Virus record (IMG/VR): IMGVR_UViG_3300010149_000008
DNA: 64,000 nucleotides
Reading direction: 5' to 3' (one strand)
Source: a virus
Taxonomy: Duplodnaviria; Caudoviricetes
Made by a program: the position numbers and the translations under genes. How positions within the stretch are numbered: position 1 is the stretch's first letter; the number at the start of each line of letters is the position of its first letter. This document shows, piece after piece, positions 29,250 to 38,437 of this stretch. The notes beneath the pieces are model-generated. The model did not search any database, was not told the origin of the DNA, and saw only the letters and a list, made by a program, of their open reading frames with translations.

Positions 29250-29612
29250 ATGATGTTGCAAAACTTAATGGAAAACTACTTAAATAGCAGTACTAAATCA
29301 GTAATGCCAGTTTCAGACATTGAAACCAGTATGCCAGTCATACCTAAAAATCCACAGTGGATTATAGGAAAAAACAAAATCCAGAAAGCTTATAAGTTCG
29401 ACACTAGAAAGCAAAAAGAAGCTTTTGTTTTAGAGCTTGTCAAGTATTGTAGAGAAACTGAAGCTGATGTTGAGTTTAGAATTAGAAAAAACAAAGTAGG
29501 TGTAATATTACATGCTACTTCACCACAAGTTTCTGAAATTGAATTTGAAGCAAAAGTTGAAATTGACAAGATAAGAAAAGACGTAGTATACTACTTTGCA
29601 AAGAAAGATTAA
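29250..29612 (+). CDS. Pterin-4-alpha-carbinolamine dehydratase-like protein
   Basis: W....KIQKAYKF...F...LV...E......FRI..NKV.V.LH fits the PCD fold spacing; the active-site HHP motif is absent. Confidence 0.5.
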   Translation: MMLQNLMENYLNSSTKSVMPVSDIETSMPVIPKNPQWIIGKNKIQKAYKFDTRKQKEAFVLELVKYCRETEADVEFRIRKNKVGVILHATSPQVSEIEFEAKVEIDKIRKDVVYYFAKKD

Positions 29613-29614
29613 AA

Positions 29615-30013
29615 ATGAAAGAAGAGTTAGACGAGATTTTGTCAAATCAGCTTAAAAAAGAAAATGTATTTATTTCAAAAGAGTTAGATCAATTACTTTC
29701 TTCAAACAAACAAAATCAGTTTAATTCTTCATTTTGGTTTAACGCTGTTTTTAATGAATTTGAAGTTTCATTTGAATATATTAGCTATAAAAAAAGCAAA
29801 AACAGAGAAACAATAAAAGGTCTTTGCAGCTGTGAAGGTGTTTATAAAATCTTAGACAATAAAAATACAAAAAATATATTTCTTATGTTTAAGGATAAAG
29901 TCATAAAAAAAATAAGTGCAGAAAACATTAGTGACATGTCAGTTAAATATAAAAGTGAAAATAGTTATATTATTAAGTATAAAATAAAAAAAGGAGATAA
30001 AAATGGAATTTAA
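29615..30013 (+). CDS. Hypothetical protein
   Basis: 132-aa ORF in a co-oriented run. Confidence 0.6.
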   Translation: MKEELDEILSNQLKKENVFISKELDQLLSSNKQNQFNSSFWFNAVFNEFEVSFEYISYKKSKNRETIKGLCSCEGVYKILDNKNTKNIFLMFKDKVIKKISAENISDMSVKYKSENSYIIKYKIKKGDKNGI

Positions 30014-30170
30014 GTTTGATAAATTTGTCGATGATCTAGAGAGAAGAGAGTTAAACAACAAAAAGTCTAGAGAAATAAACAGAGAAATTGCAAATCTAGA
30101 TGAGTTAAGAAGAAAAAGGTCTGAGCTTTATCATGAAAAATGGCAAAATAGAATAAAGTGGGAGAAATAA
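30003..30170 (+). CDS. Small hypothetical protein (55 aa, not in the ORF track)
   Basis: GGAG RBS then MEFKFDKFVDDLERRE...IKWEK*; exactly fills the gap before 30172. Confidence 0.65.
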   Translation: MEFKFDKFVDDLERRELNNKKSREINREIANLDELRRKRSELYHEKWQNRIKWEK

Positions 30171-30171
30171 C

Positions 30172-30870
30172 ATGAAGTCTAACAAAGAAAAAGCTAGTAG
30201 TTTTGATTTGTTTTCACTTTTAGAAAGTACAATATATGAAGATACTGAAGTTTCTTGGGAGAAAGAAAGAAGCAATGCTGAAAAGTTTGTAAAAAAAGCT
30301 TCTATCGATGGTTTCGAAGCATCAAAGCCTAAAAAAAAGAAAAAGAAGAAAAGCTTAAACCAAAACAATAAAAAAGAAGAATTCGATATTATTGATGACG
30401 AAGAAGAAGAAAATGACGAAGATCAAAGTAATGAAAAAGAAGAGCCTACAACAATAAACCTTTCTGATGCAGTTAGTTACGAAAAGTTAGTAGATGAACT
30501 TAACATGTTTAGAGCAGCTCATTCTTTTTCTGACAAGGAAATTGCTATAGAACTTAAAGATTACTTTAATAGCCTAACAAAAGAAGAAAAACAAGTTTTA
30601 CATGTATTAATTAAAGGGTTAATACATGTTACATTGATGGATGTAAAAGGAAAATCTGCAAAAACACCTTCAGACTTTAGTTTTAACATAACGAAGTCTG
30701 GTGCAACTAGTAAAGAAAAGAAAAAGTCTTTAGACAATAAAATTTCTTCAGAAAAGCAAGGTAAAAAAGTAGACAATAATACTCCTATTACAATTAAAAA
30801 CCCAATTAAAATTGGTGAAAGTGCTCAAAACAAAAATGATGTTTTAAAAGTTTTATATAGCAACAAATGA
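30172..30870 (+). CDS. Hypothetical protein with LxE leader
   Basis: DLFSLLESTIYE leader; poly-Lys and acidic tracts. Confidence 0.65.
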   Translation: MKSNKEKASSFDLFSLLESTIYEDTEVSWEKERSNAEKFVKKASIDGFEASKPKKKKKKKSLNQNNKKEEFDIIDDEEEENDEDQSNEKEEPTTINLSDAVSYEKLVDELNMFRAAHSFSDKEIAIELKDYFNSLTKEEKQVLHVLIKGLIHVTLMDVKGKSAKTPSDFSFNITKSGATSKEKKKSLDNKISSEKQGKKVDNNTPITIKNPIKIGESAQNKNDVLKVLYSNK

Positions 30871-31688
30871 ATTCGTACTATAGCTACTCTTTTGATTTAA
30901 AAAGCATAAACTCTATTAATGAATACTTGTTTATATTAAAAAACTGCTTAAGACTAGCTTCTAAAAACAAGCTTTACAACAATACTTTCAATAAAAGAAT
31001 ACATATAAGCTACTGCAATGTCACAAATAAATATTATTATAAAGTTAATAATAGCAATATAAAAACAGATATTTCTTGTGATTTAAGTATTGTCTATAGC
31101 TTTAATTTAAAAAAGCAATTAGACGTTTTAAAGTTGAACAAATACTCAAATAGAACTATAGAATTTGAAATAGACAAAGACAACAAACTATACCCAATAA
31201 CGCTGTATAATAGTAATACTAAAAAAATAATATTAGCATACTCAGACTTATTTTCTTATTTTGTTAATGTAAATAATAGTATAAGAAAATTGAATTTACA
31301 AATAAATATTGAAAATTACCAAAAATTATATTACAAATTTATAGAGTATATAGAAAATATAAAAATTCTAAAAGACATCAACTCAATTAAATATACTAAC
31401 TTGACAAAAAAAAGTTCTGATGTGAGAATGGATTATCTAGATTTTGATAAAGCATACAAGATGAAACTGTTTCCTTTAAAAAAGCACAGATTTTATTACA
31501 CTGTTTTTTTAATATCTATTGAATTTAATAATTTTTTAAGAGACAATCTTGATATTCCTGTTAGCAACTTTTGTATATTTGACAACAGTATAGGGAAAAT
31601 TATTAAGTTTCCTTGCTCTTTTTATAACAATGTTTATAAAGAAAATACAAAAAAACATTTGCCACCTTTGCTACCTGTGAGATTTTAA
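30867..31688 (+). CDS. Hypothetical protein
   Basis: 273-aa ORF, Asn/Lys/Tyr-rich. Confidence 0.6.
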   Translation: MNSYYSYSFDLKSINSINEYLFILKNCLRLASKNKLYNNTFNKRIHISYCNVTNKYYYKVNNSNIKTDISCDLSIVYSFNLKKQLDVLKLNKYSNRTIEFEIDKDNKLYPITLYNSNTKKIILAYSDLFSYFVNVNNSIRKLNLQINIENYQKLYYKFIEYIENIKILKDINSIKYTNLTKKSSDVRMDYLDFDKAYKMKLFPLKKHRFYYTVFLISIEFNNFLRDNLDIPVSNFCIFDNSIGKIIKFPCSFYNNVYKENTKKHLPPLLPVRF

Positions 31689-31939
31689 TGACAAAAGAAG
31701 AATTTTTTAAAGTAAAAGAGCTTCTCGATGAAATCGGAGAGTATTATAAAGACAATGACTGGTTAATAGTTAAGAAATATATTTTAAGATATTTAAATCC
31801 GACAATAAGAAAATATTTTTCTACTAGAGACTTAAAGTCTAAAAAGCATAAAATTAATAGCTTTGATCAAAAAGCTATAGACTATTATTACCAAAAATTC
31901 AATGTAAAGTTGGTGTTAGATGATTCAAAAAAATTATAA
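31688..31939 (+). CDS. Hypothetical protein
   Basis: 83 aa, TAATG-coupled to the upstream gene. Confidence 0.6.
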   Translation: MTKEEFFKVKELLDEIGEYYKDNDWLIVKKYILRYLNPTIRKYFSTRDLKSKKHKINSFDQKAIDYYYQKFNVKLVLDDSKKL

Positions 31940-33779
31940 ACTTCAAATTTCAGATAATAAAACAATTATTAAAGAAGTCCAAGGTGGAAGTCCCTATGCG
32001 CAAACAGCAATGAAAGGAGCAGGCCAATTAACTATAAGTGCAGGTGAAGCTTTAAAAATGACGGGTGCTTTTCTTAAAAGGTCTTGGGGCGCAACTTTTG
32101 GTTATATGTTTACAGTATATCAAAGTGTTAGAAGCCATGGAGTTATAAGAGGCTTGGCTGTTGCAAATAAACAATTTACTTCTAAAGATAAACAGATAAA
32201 AAACGAAATGAAAAGTTTAATAAAAGCTCAACCTGGAGCAAAAGATGCTGAGCTTTTTATAGGAATGACATGTCCTGCCGCAAGAGCTTTTGATGTTTTT
32301 GTAGATAAAGATTTTAAACAAATCAATCTTCCCGGAAATACTGGCAAAGGTTCACGTGAAAGAGATAGAGAAAAATATAAAGCTTTTTACAACTTTGTTA
32401 TGATAGTATCACATATTTCACATGGTACTAAATTGAAAGATTTCGAAGAAAACAATAAAAGACTGACTAGAAAACAAAGAGAAAAAAGTATAAAGAAAAA
32501 ATATAAAGTTGACAAAGAAGCTCTGAAAAATTTACAAACAGAAAAGTTTGTTGATGTTTGTAAAGCAATAACTTTTTTACATAAGCCTAATAGAAATTTA
32601 AGAAAAATTTTTAAAAAAAATGATGTTAGCTACCCAACTTTAAATACTTTACAAAATGGTTTTGTAAAATTTATGTTAAGCAATCAAGATAAAAACAAGT
32701 GTTTAAAATTCATATCAGAAGGAGAATTAGAAAGCACAGTTGTGTCTTTGTCTAATTTACTATCTCTTGATGACTCAATAAAATGTGTTAAATACATACT
32801 AAAAAACGAAAATCTATCAGATAGTGCTGATGATGAAGGGGAAGAGGAAGAGAGACTTAACTCAGGTTTTAGTCTTTTATTGAAAAAAAATAAAACTATA
32901 ATCAAAGAAGCTGAAGAGGAAGAGGAAGAGGACGTAAGTAGTGAAAAAGTTAAAGATTTAAAGTCAGGAATGGCACTTTCTTTTGCAACTTTTTATATAA
33001 TGAGATCATCAATACTTTCTATATTATCTGACATTACTGTTTCTGTGTCTATAGCAATTAATACAGCAACTGATGTTGTTTTTAATAGTATACTTAGCGA
33101 AAAAAATGACATAAACATTTCAGAAAGTAAAAATATTCTATTAGAAAACAAAGAAAACTCAGCTGAGTTAAGTGGTAAAATTGAAAAAGTTAACAAGCAA
33201 ATTGATTTATTTAATAGACAATTTGAGTACTCAATTGAAAAAATTGATATAGGTATACTGAAGGATCTTCAAGGTTTTGCATCAAAAATAACAAAAGAAG
33301 TTGAAAAATCAGAGGCTGAGTTAGATTCTAAATTAAAAGATGATAAAGAAAAAAAAGTTGCTAGATCAACTGGGATAATTGAAATTTTAGAAAAAATAAA
33401 ATCTTCTGCTTCAGAGATAAATTTGTCTTCTGAGATATCTGTATCAATAAACAATGCAAAAAAAATAATAGAAGAAGACATGATGGACTTAGATGAAATT
33501 TTAATTTTAGTTGGAAAAAACAAAAACAAACTATCAGACGTAGGTCTAAGCGAGAATTCAATAGCTAAAATAAAAAATACAATTGACAAAGCAACAAAAG
33601 ACATTAATGACTTAAATGACATTGAAAATAAAATAACTAGTTATACAGATAGAATAGAACAGTTAAAATCTAGTTTAGATGAAGATATAAATAGTTTAGA
33701 TGAAGAAAAAAGCAAAGAAACAGACACAGAAACTATAGAAATACCCAAGGAAAAACTAGACATTGAAAAGGAGAAATGA
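31920..33779 (+). CDS. Hypothetical coiled-coil protein
   Basis: 619 aa; NKTIIKE occurs twice (N-terminus and mid-protein). Confidence 0.65.
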   Translation: MIQKNYKLQISDNKTIIKEVQGGSPYAQTAMKGAGQLTISAGEALKMTGAFLKRSWGATFGYMFTVYQSVRSHGVIRGLAVANKQFTSKDKQIKNEMKSLIKAQPGAKDAELFIGMTCPAARAFDVFVDKDFKQINLPGNTGKGSRERDREKYKAFYNFVMIVSHISHGTKLKDFEENNKRLTRKQREKSIKKKYKVDKEALKNLQTEKFVDVCKAITFLHKPNRNLRKIFKKNDVSYPTLNTLQNGFVKFMLSNQDKNKCLKFISEGELESTVVSLSNLLSLDDSIKCVKYILKNENLSDSADDEGEEEERLNSGFSLLLKKNKTIIKEAEEEEEEDVSSEKVKDLKSGMALSFATFYIMRSSILSILSDITVSVSIAINTATDVVFNSILSEKNDINISESKNILLENKENSAELSGKIEKVNKQIDLFNRQFEYSIEKIDIGILKDLQGFASKITKEVEKSEAELDSKLKDDKEKKVARSTGIIEILEKIKSSASEINLSSEISVSINNAKKIIEEDMMDLDEILILVGKNKNKLSDVGLSENSIAKIKNTIDKATKDINDLNDIENKITSYTDRIEQLKSSLDEDINSLDEEKSKETDTETIEIPKEKLDIEKEK

Positions 33780-34048
33780 AATTGGACAAGTGGATTCCAG
33801 AGATATTTTACGAAGAAGACAATAAAGGTTTAACAGGCGGACTTCCTTTTATTAACGTGCCAAAAGATAGATCAATGCCCTCATGCATGTTTATATGTGA
33901 AGTCAGACCTGTTTATGAAGAAGACAATGAAATAGAAAAAGAAGTTATCGCTCATTCTTTAGCTAATATGTCTGTATTAAAACAAAAGCTAGACCAAGAA
34001 ACTTACAACAAAGTAAGAACTGCAATAGGTTTACAGCCTATAAAATAA
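33776..34048 (+). CDS. Hypothetical protein
   Basis: 90 aa, ATGA overlap. Confidence 0.65.
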   Translation: MKLDKWIPEIFYEEDNKGLTGGLPFINVPKDRSMPSCMFICEVRPVYEEDNEIEKEVIAHSLANMSVLKQKLDQETYNKVRTAIGLQPIK

Positions 34049-34050
34049 AA

Positions 34051-34078
34051 TTGTACAAATAAAATATTTTAATATAAT
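34051..34078 (+). promoter_or_regulatory. Possible promoter TTGTAC-N16-TATAAT
   Basis: Intergenic, upstream of the exonuclease-groEL run; spacing is one base short. Confidence 0.35.
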
Positions 34079-34098
34079 AATATTAAAAGAGAGATTTT

Positions 34099-34551
34099 AT
34101 GTACGAAGTAGGCCAGTTAATATATACAATAATAGAAGAGAGACATAAAGTAATGCCTCTCAAAATATCAGAGCAAGTTACAACAAAAACGTTGGAAGGC
34201 GAAAAAACTGTATACAAAGCAGAACTGCCAGGAAATAAAAAAAAAGTTATATTAAGTAAACTGACAAATGTTTGGACAGATTTAGAAGATGTTAAAAAGC
34301 ATATGCTAAAAAACGCTAGTATTGCAATTGACAACATGCTTATTGAAACTGACGACATTAGAAAAAAATATTTTTTGGATCAAGAGTTAGTTGATGCGTG
34401 TAAAGAAGATTTAAGTCATGATATAATTGATAGTGACGTTGATGATGATTTAACTCTTAAAGTTGATCTAGGCGATGGACAAATTGGAAACTTAACAATC
34501 AACAACCAAGAATTGGATCAAAAAAAAAATGAAGAAAATATTACTTCTTGA
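34099..34551 (+). CDS. Hypothetical protein (YEVGQLIY KOW-like start)
   Basis: 150-aa ORF with GAGAG RBS. Confidence 0.6.
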   Translation: MYEVGQLIYTIIEERHKVMPLKISEQVTTKTLEGEKTVYKAELPGNKKKVILSKLTNVWTDLEDVKKHMLKNASIAIDNMLIETDDIRKKYFLDQELVDACKEDLSHDIIDSDVDDDLTLKVDLGDGQIGNLTINNQELDQKKNEENITS

Positions 34552-35344
34552 TGGTTATAACTTAATCTACAGAGCTAGATATAGCGGTATGAACAAAGGT
34601 GATCATTCTACAATATTTAATTTTTTTAGAGGTCTAAGACCTTTAATAGAGAAGTTTGATCCTGACATGGCCTATTTGGTTCTAGAAGGTGCGCCTAAGA
34701 AGAGACTTGAAGTTCAACCTGACTACAAAGGACAGAGAACTTACAATGACAAAGATAATTTTTCTTTGCAAAGAAAAACAATTATTTCTTTGCTTACAAA
34801 TTACTTTCCAATACAATTAGTAAAGCATGACGATTATGAATGTGATGATATAATTGGACACATTGCTGATGTTAACGATAAAAAAAATAATGAAGTAACA
34901 ATCATATCATCAGACACAGACTTTATGCAATGTATAAGTAAAAACGTATCTCTTTATAATCCTGTTAGAAAAAAGTACATAGAAAAACCTGATTATGACT
35001 ATGTTCTTTGGAAATCTTTAAAAGGTGACGCTTCTGATAACATTATAGGCTTTAAAGGCATAGGTGATAAAAGAGCAAGAAAGCTATGTGAAAACAAAGA
35101 TGAATTAGAAAATTTTCTTCTAACTGAAGGTTATAAAGACAAGTTAGAAGAAAATGTTTTTATGATTAAACTCCATACATTAGAAAGTGATGCAGAAAAT
35201 ATTAAATATTTTGACATGCCAAAATCACATATGTGGGAAGAATTAAAAAGTGTATTTGAGCAATATGACTTTAAGTCAATGATTTCAAAAGAAAAAACTT
35301 GGCAAAAATACACAAACACATTTGATAAATTATTCGAGAGGTAG
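34529..35344 (+). CDS. 5'-3' exonuclease / flap endonuclease (PolI N-terminal or T4 RNase H type)
   Basis: LLDGYNLIYRA, YECDDIIG, ISSDTDF, LKGDASDNI.GFKGIG (H3TH). Confidence 0.92.
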   Translation: MKKILLLDGYNLIYRARYSGMNKGDHSTIFNFFRGLRPLIEKFDPDMAYLVLEGAPKKRLEVQPDYKGQRTYNDKDNFSLQRKTIISLLTNYFPIQLVKHDDYECDDIIGHIADVNDKKNNEVTIISSDTDFMQCISKNVSLYNPVRKKYIEKPDYDYVLWKSLKGDASDNIIGFKGIGDKRARKLCENKDELENFLLTEGYKDKLEENVFMIKLHTLESDAENIKYFDMPKSHMWEELKSVFEQYDFKSMISKEKTWQKYTNTFDKLFER

Positions 35345-35347
35345 AAA

Positions 35348-35557
35348 ATGATATATTCAGATACAACACAAAAAGTGTTAAGAGAAAACAATTTAATTAC
35401 TGAAGCTGAGATTGCACTACAATCAGGCGACTTAATTTTAGCAGAAAACGTTTTAACAAAAGAGAGAAGAATGCTAAACAAAGAAACTGTTTCAAGGTTT
35501 ATTAGTACAACAAACATTTCAGAATCAACAACAAAAACACAGTTGCTAAAGGGGTAA
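35348..35557 (+). CDS. Small hypothetical protein
   Basis: 69 aa, directly upstream of groEL; ends LLKG. Confidence 0.6.
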   Translation: MIYSDTTQKVLRENNLITEAEIALQSGDLILAENVLTKERRMLNKETVSRFISTTNISESTTKTQLLKG

Positions 35558-35558
35558 A

Positions 35559-37217
35559 ATGTCTGATTTAATTTATTTTAATGCTGAAGCACAATACATG
35601 CTAAAAGAGGGTGTAAGAAAACTTTGTGCAGCTGTTAGCTCAACAATGGGGCCTCGAGGGAGATTAGTCCTTATTGAAAAAAATAATGAGCCTCCTCATC
35701 TTACAAAAGATGGCGCAACTGTTGCAAAAAACATTATACTTTCTGACAGGGTAGAGTCTTTAGGCGCAAGGCTTTTAAGACAAGCTTCAGAAAATACTGC
35801 TACAGTAGCAGGTGACGGAAGTACAACTGCGACAGTTTTGGCTAAAGAAATATACTTTAGATCTTCACAGGCATTGCAAACAGGAGTAGGATCGCCATCA
35901 GAGATTACTAGTCTTTTATCGAAAAAGTCTGAAGTAATTAAAGAATTTTTAAAAGAAAAGTCTAAAACTGTTTCTTCTAATGAAGAGATAAAGCAAGTTG
36001 CAACTATTAGCGCAAATGGCGATGATTATATTGGTGGTCTTATTTCTAACGCAATGGAAGAAGTAGGTACAAGTGGTTTAGTCACAGTTGAAAAAAGTAA
36101 AACAACAAGTACAGAGCTTAAGCTAGTTAGAGGAGTAAAGATAGATCGAGGATATATTTCTCCTTATTTTGTGACAGATACAGTAAAGTCCAGATGTATT
36201 TTAGAAGATCCTCTTGTTTTGATTACTAGCGCAAAATTGACTTCTTTGACACAAATATTACCAATATTAGAAAAAGCGCATCAAACAAAAAAGCCTTTGT
36301 TTATTATTGCAAATGATTATGATCAAGAAGCAATTCAAGCTTTAATAGCAAACGTTTCTAAGGGCTTGCTTCAAATATGTGCTGTTAGGTCACCTTTCTA
36401 TGGAGAAAAAAGAAATCAAGTTCTTAATGATCTTGCAGCAGCATTAGATACAAAAGTTTATTTTGATTTAGAAGAAAACGAAGTAAACAATATTCTACTT
36501 TCAGACTTAGGAAATTGCAAAAAGATTGAAACTAGTCATAATGAAACATTGTTTGTTGAATGTGCAGGATCAGCTGACAAGTCTAAAGAAAGCATTGAAA
36601 CTCTTGAGAGTATAGAAAATCTTCTTAAAGATAAGAATATTTCCAAAGAAGAAGAAGCTTATTTAAAACAAAGACTTGTTATTAACAAAGGAGTTGTAGC
36701 AGTACTTTCTATTGGAGCACACACTGAGTCTGAATTATTGGAGCTAGTTGACAGAATTGACGATGCACTTCATGCTACTAAAGCTGCAATGGAAAGTGGA
36801 TTTCTTCCGGGAGGTGGCATTGCCTTAGCAAAAGCTGGTCTAAAGCTATTAAGAGACTCAGAAGCTTTAGATGCAGAAAACAGTTTATTAGAAAGCACTG
36901 TAATAAAAATTCTTGCTGACGCATGTATTACACCACTTAGACAAATATTAAAAAACGCAGACTTATCTGTTGACTATATAATAGAGATGATTAAAAAAGT
37001 TCCTGACTTTAATCACGGATTTGATGTAAGAACTGAGACTTACATTGATATGATTGACAAAGGTATTATTGATCCACAGAAAGTAACAGCAACAGCACTA
37101 GAAAACGCAGTAAGCGTTGCAAACTCATTAATGAGTGTAGGTTGTGTTGTTTTAAATGAAGGTAATGCTTACGGTAATGACGTGCAACTAGTTCAGTTAT
37201 CTAATGATATGTATTAA
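35559..37217 (+). CDS. groEL: Chaperonin GroEL (Cpn60)
   Basis: STMGPRG, TKDGATVA, AGDGSTTAT, TISANGD, IDDALHATKAA...GGG, IIDP.KV. Confidence 0.96.
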   Translation: MSDLIYFNAEAQYMLKEGVRKLCAAVSSTMGPRGRLVLIEKNNEPPHLTKDGATVAKNIILSDRVESLGARLLRQASENTATVAGDGSTTATVLAKEIYFRSSQALQTGVGSPSEITSLLSKKSEVIKEFLKEKSKTVSSNEEIKQVATISANGDDYIGGLISNAMEEVGTSGLVTVEKSKTTSTELKLVRGVKIDRGYISPYFVTDTVKSRCILEDPLVLITSAKLTSLTQILPILEKAHQTKKPLFIIANDYDQEAIQALIANVSKGLLQICAVRSPFYGEKRNQVLNDLAAALDTKVYFDLEENEVNNILLSDLGNCKKIETSHNETLFVECAGSADKSKESIETLESIENLLKDKNISKEEEAYLKQRLVINKGVVAVLSIGAHTESELLELVDRIDDALHATKAAMESGFLPGGGIALAKAGLKLLRDSEALDAENSLLESTVIKILADACITPLRQILKNADLSVDYIIEMIKKVPDFNHGFDVRTETYIDMIDKGIIDPQKVTATALENAVSVANSLMSVGCVVLNEGNAYGNDVQLVQLSNDMY

Positions 37218-37229
37218 TATACAATACAT

Positions 37230-37415
37230 ATGGAGTTTATCATGGAAAACTTTGAAATTGACTTGATGGTTATAGAAGAACTTTTAGAAAAGAAAAAGTT
37301 AGAGTTAGAAAATGAAAGACCTTTTTTGCAGCTAGAAATAGAAAATTATCCTCCAATAAAAGAAAATACAAAAACAAAAAGTGAACCTAGACGTGTAATA
37401 ATTATTGACATTTAA
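37230..37415 (+). CDS. Small hypothetical protein
   Basis: ERPFLQLEI...EPRRVIIIDI C-terminus. Confidence 0.55.
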   Translation: MEFIMENFEIDLMVIEELLEKKKLELENERPFLQLEIENYPPIKENTKTKSEPRRVIIIDI

Positions 37416-37446
37416 TTATTATATACAAAAAAAGGAATAAAAATTT

Positions 37447-38193
37447 ATGTTAAATAATGCATTTAGTGAAATTATAAAGAAAAACCCACTACTTACTAAA
37501 AGGCAAGAGTTTGAACTTTCTAAGAAAGCAAAGAGCGGTGATCTAGAAGCTAGAAGAAAACTAATTGAATCAAATTATCGACTAGTTATTTCTATTGCAA
37601 AAAAATATCACAGAAAAAACGTTGACTTTGATGATCTTATTCAAGAAAGTACTACTGGTCTTCTAAAAGCAGTTGATAGATTTAATCCTGATTTAGGTCA
37701 TAAGTTTTCCACATACGCTTGCTGGTGGATTAAACAAGCTGCATTATCATATATTAACGAGCAAAGTGGGAGTATTAAAGTTCCTACACACTCGAGAATG
37801 CTTAATGCAAAAATTAGAAATAAAGTTGCTGAGCTTGAAAAAATTAAAGGTAAAAAACCTCATATCGAAGAAGTTGCAATTGCTTTAGGCGAGTCTGTTA
37901 ATAAGATTAATTACACAATAAAAGCAAACAAACCTTCAGTATCTTATGACAACGAAGACAACGAAAAAGCAACTTCAATAAAAAATAAGCTTCCAGACAA
38001 TAGCGCTTTTTCAGATCCTGCTGATGCGCTAGAAAGAAAAGAGTTAATGCAAATCATTAAAAACAATCTTCTTCTTTTATCACCTAAAGAAGAAAAGATT
38101 ATTCGACTAAGATTTGGCATCGAAGAAGATATTAATGATTTAGAAAATTTTCCAGTTACTGAAGAAATGAAAGGCTATCTTAATGAAAAATAA
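37447..38193 (+). CDS. RNA polymerase sigma70-family factor (regions 1.2-4.1, lacking the 4.2 HTH)
   Basis: LLTKRQE, ARRKLIESNYRLVISIAKKY, DLIQE..GLLKAVDRF...G.KFSTYACWWIKQA, EEVAIALG, LSPKEEKIIRLRFGI, then a stop 23 codons later. Confidence 0.92.
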   Translation: MLNNAFSEIIKKNPLLTKRQEFELSKKAKSGDLEARRKLIESNYRLVISIAKKYHRKNVDFDDLIQESTTGLLKAVDRFNPDLGHKFSTYACWWIKQAALSYINEQSGSIKVPTHSRMLNAKIRNKVAELEKIKGKKPHIEEVAIALGESVNKINYTIKANKPSVSYDNEDNEKATSIKNKLPDNSAFSDPADALERKELMQIIKNNLLLLSPKEEKIIRLRFGIEEDINDLENFPVTEEMKGYLNEK

Positions 38194-38437
38194 AAAATAC
38201 GTTACAACAAATGACTATGACGGCTTAGACTATAGATCTATAGCAGAAATAATGACAAAAGATGGACACAAGATGAATCACTCATCTGTCAGAAACTATA
38301 TTACACGAGGATTTTGTAAAGTTGTAAAAGGTATAACTAAAGATTTCTCTATTAGCTATTCTGACGAAAAAATAAAAAAGATAGCTCAATCCCCAGACTT
38401 TCAAAGCTCTATAATTGAAATAATGAAAGGCAGATAA
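38183..38437 (+). CDS. Stand-alone sigma region-4.2-like helix-turn-helix protein
   Basis: DGLDYRSIAEIM...MNHSSVRNYITRG..KV resembles GxxYxEIAExL..SxxTVRxxxxRAxxKL. Confidence 0.65.
   Translation: MKNKKYVTTNDYDGLDYRSIAEIMTKDGHKMNHSSVRNYITRGFCKVVKGITKDFSISYSDEKIKKIAQSPDFQSSIIEIMKGR

Noticed and set aside
35348-35557. Divergent GroES
   Set aside because: It is only 69 aa with no PLxDRV start or mobile-loop GGI motif; kept only as a possible cofactor.
37447-38437. Simple frameshift error splitting one sigma gene
   Set aside because: The second frame has several stops just upstream of 38183, has its own RBS, and there is no homopolymer at the junction that would restore a canonical region 4.
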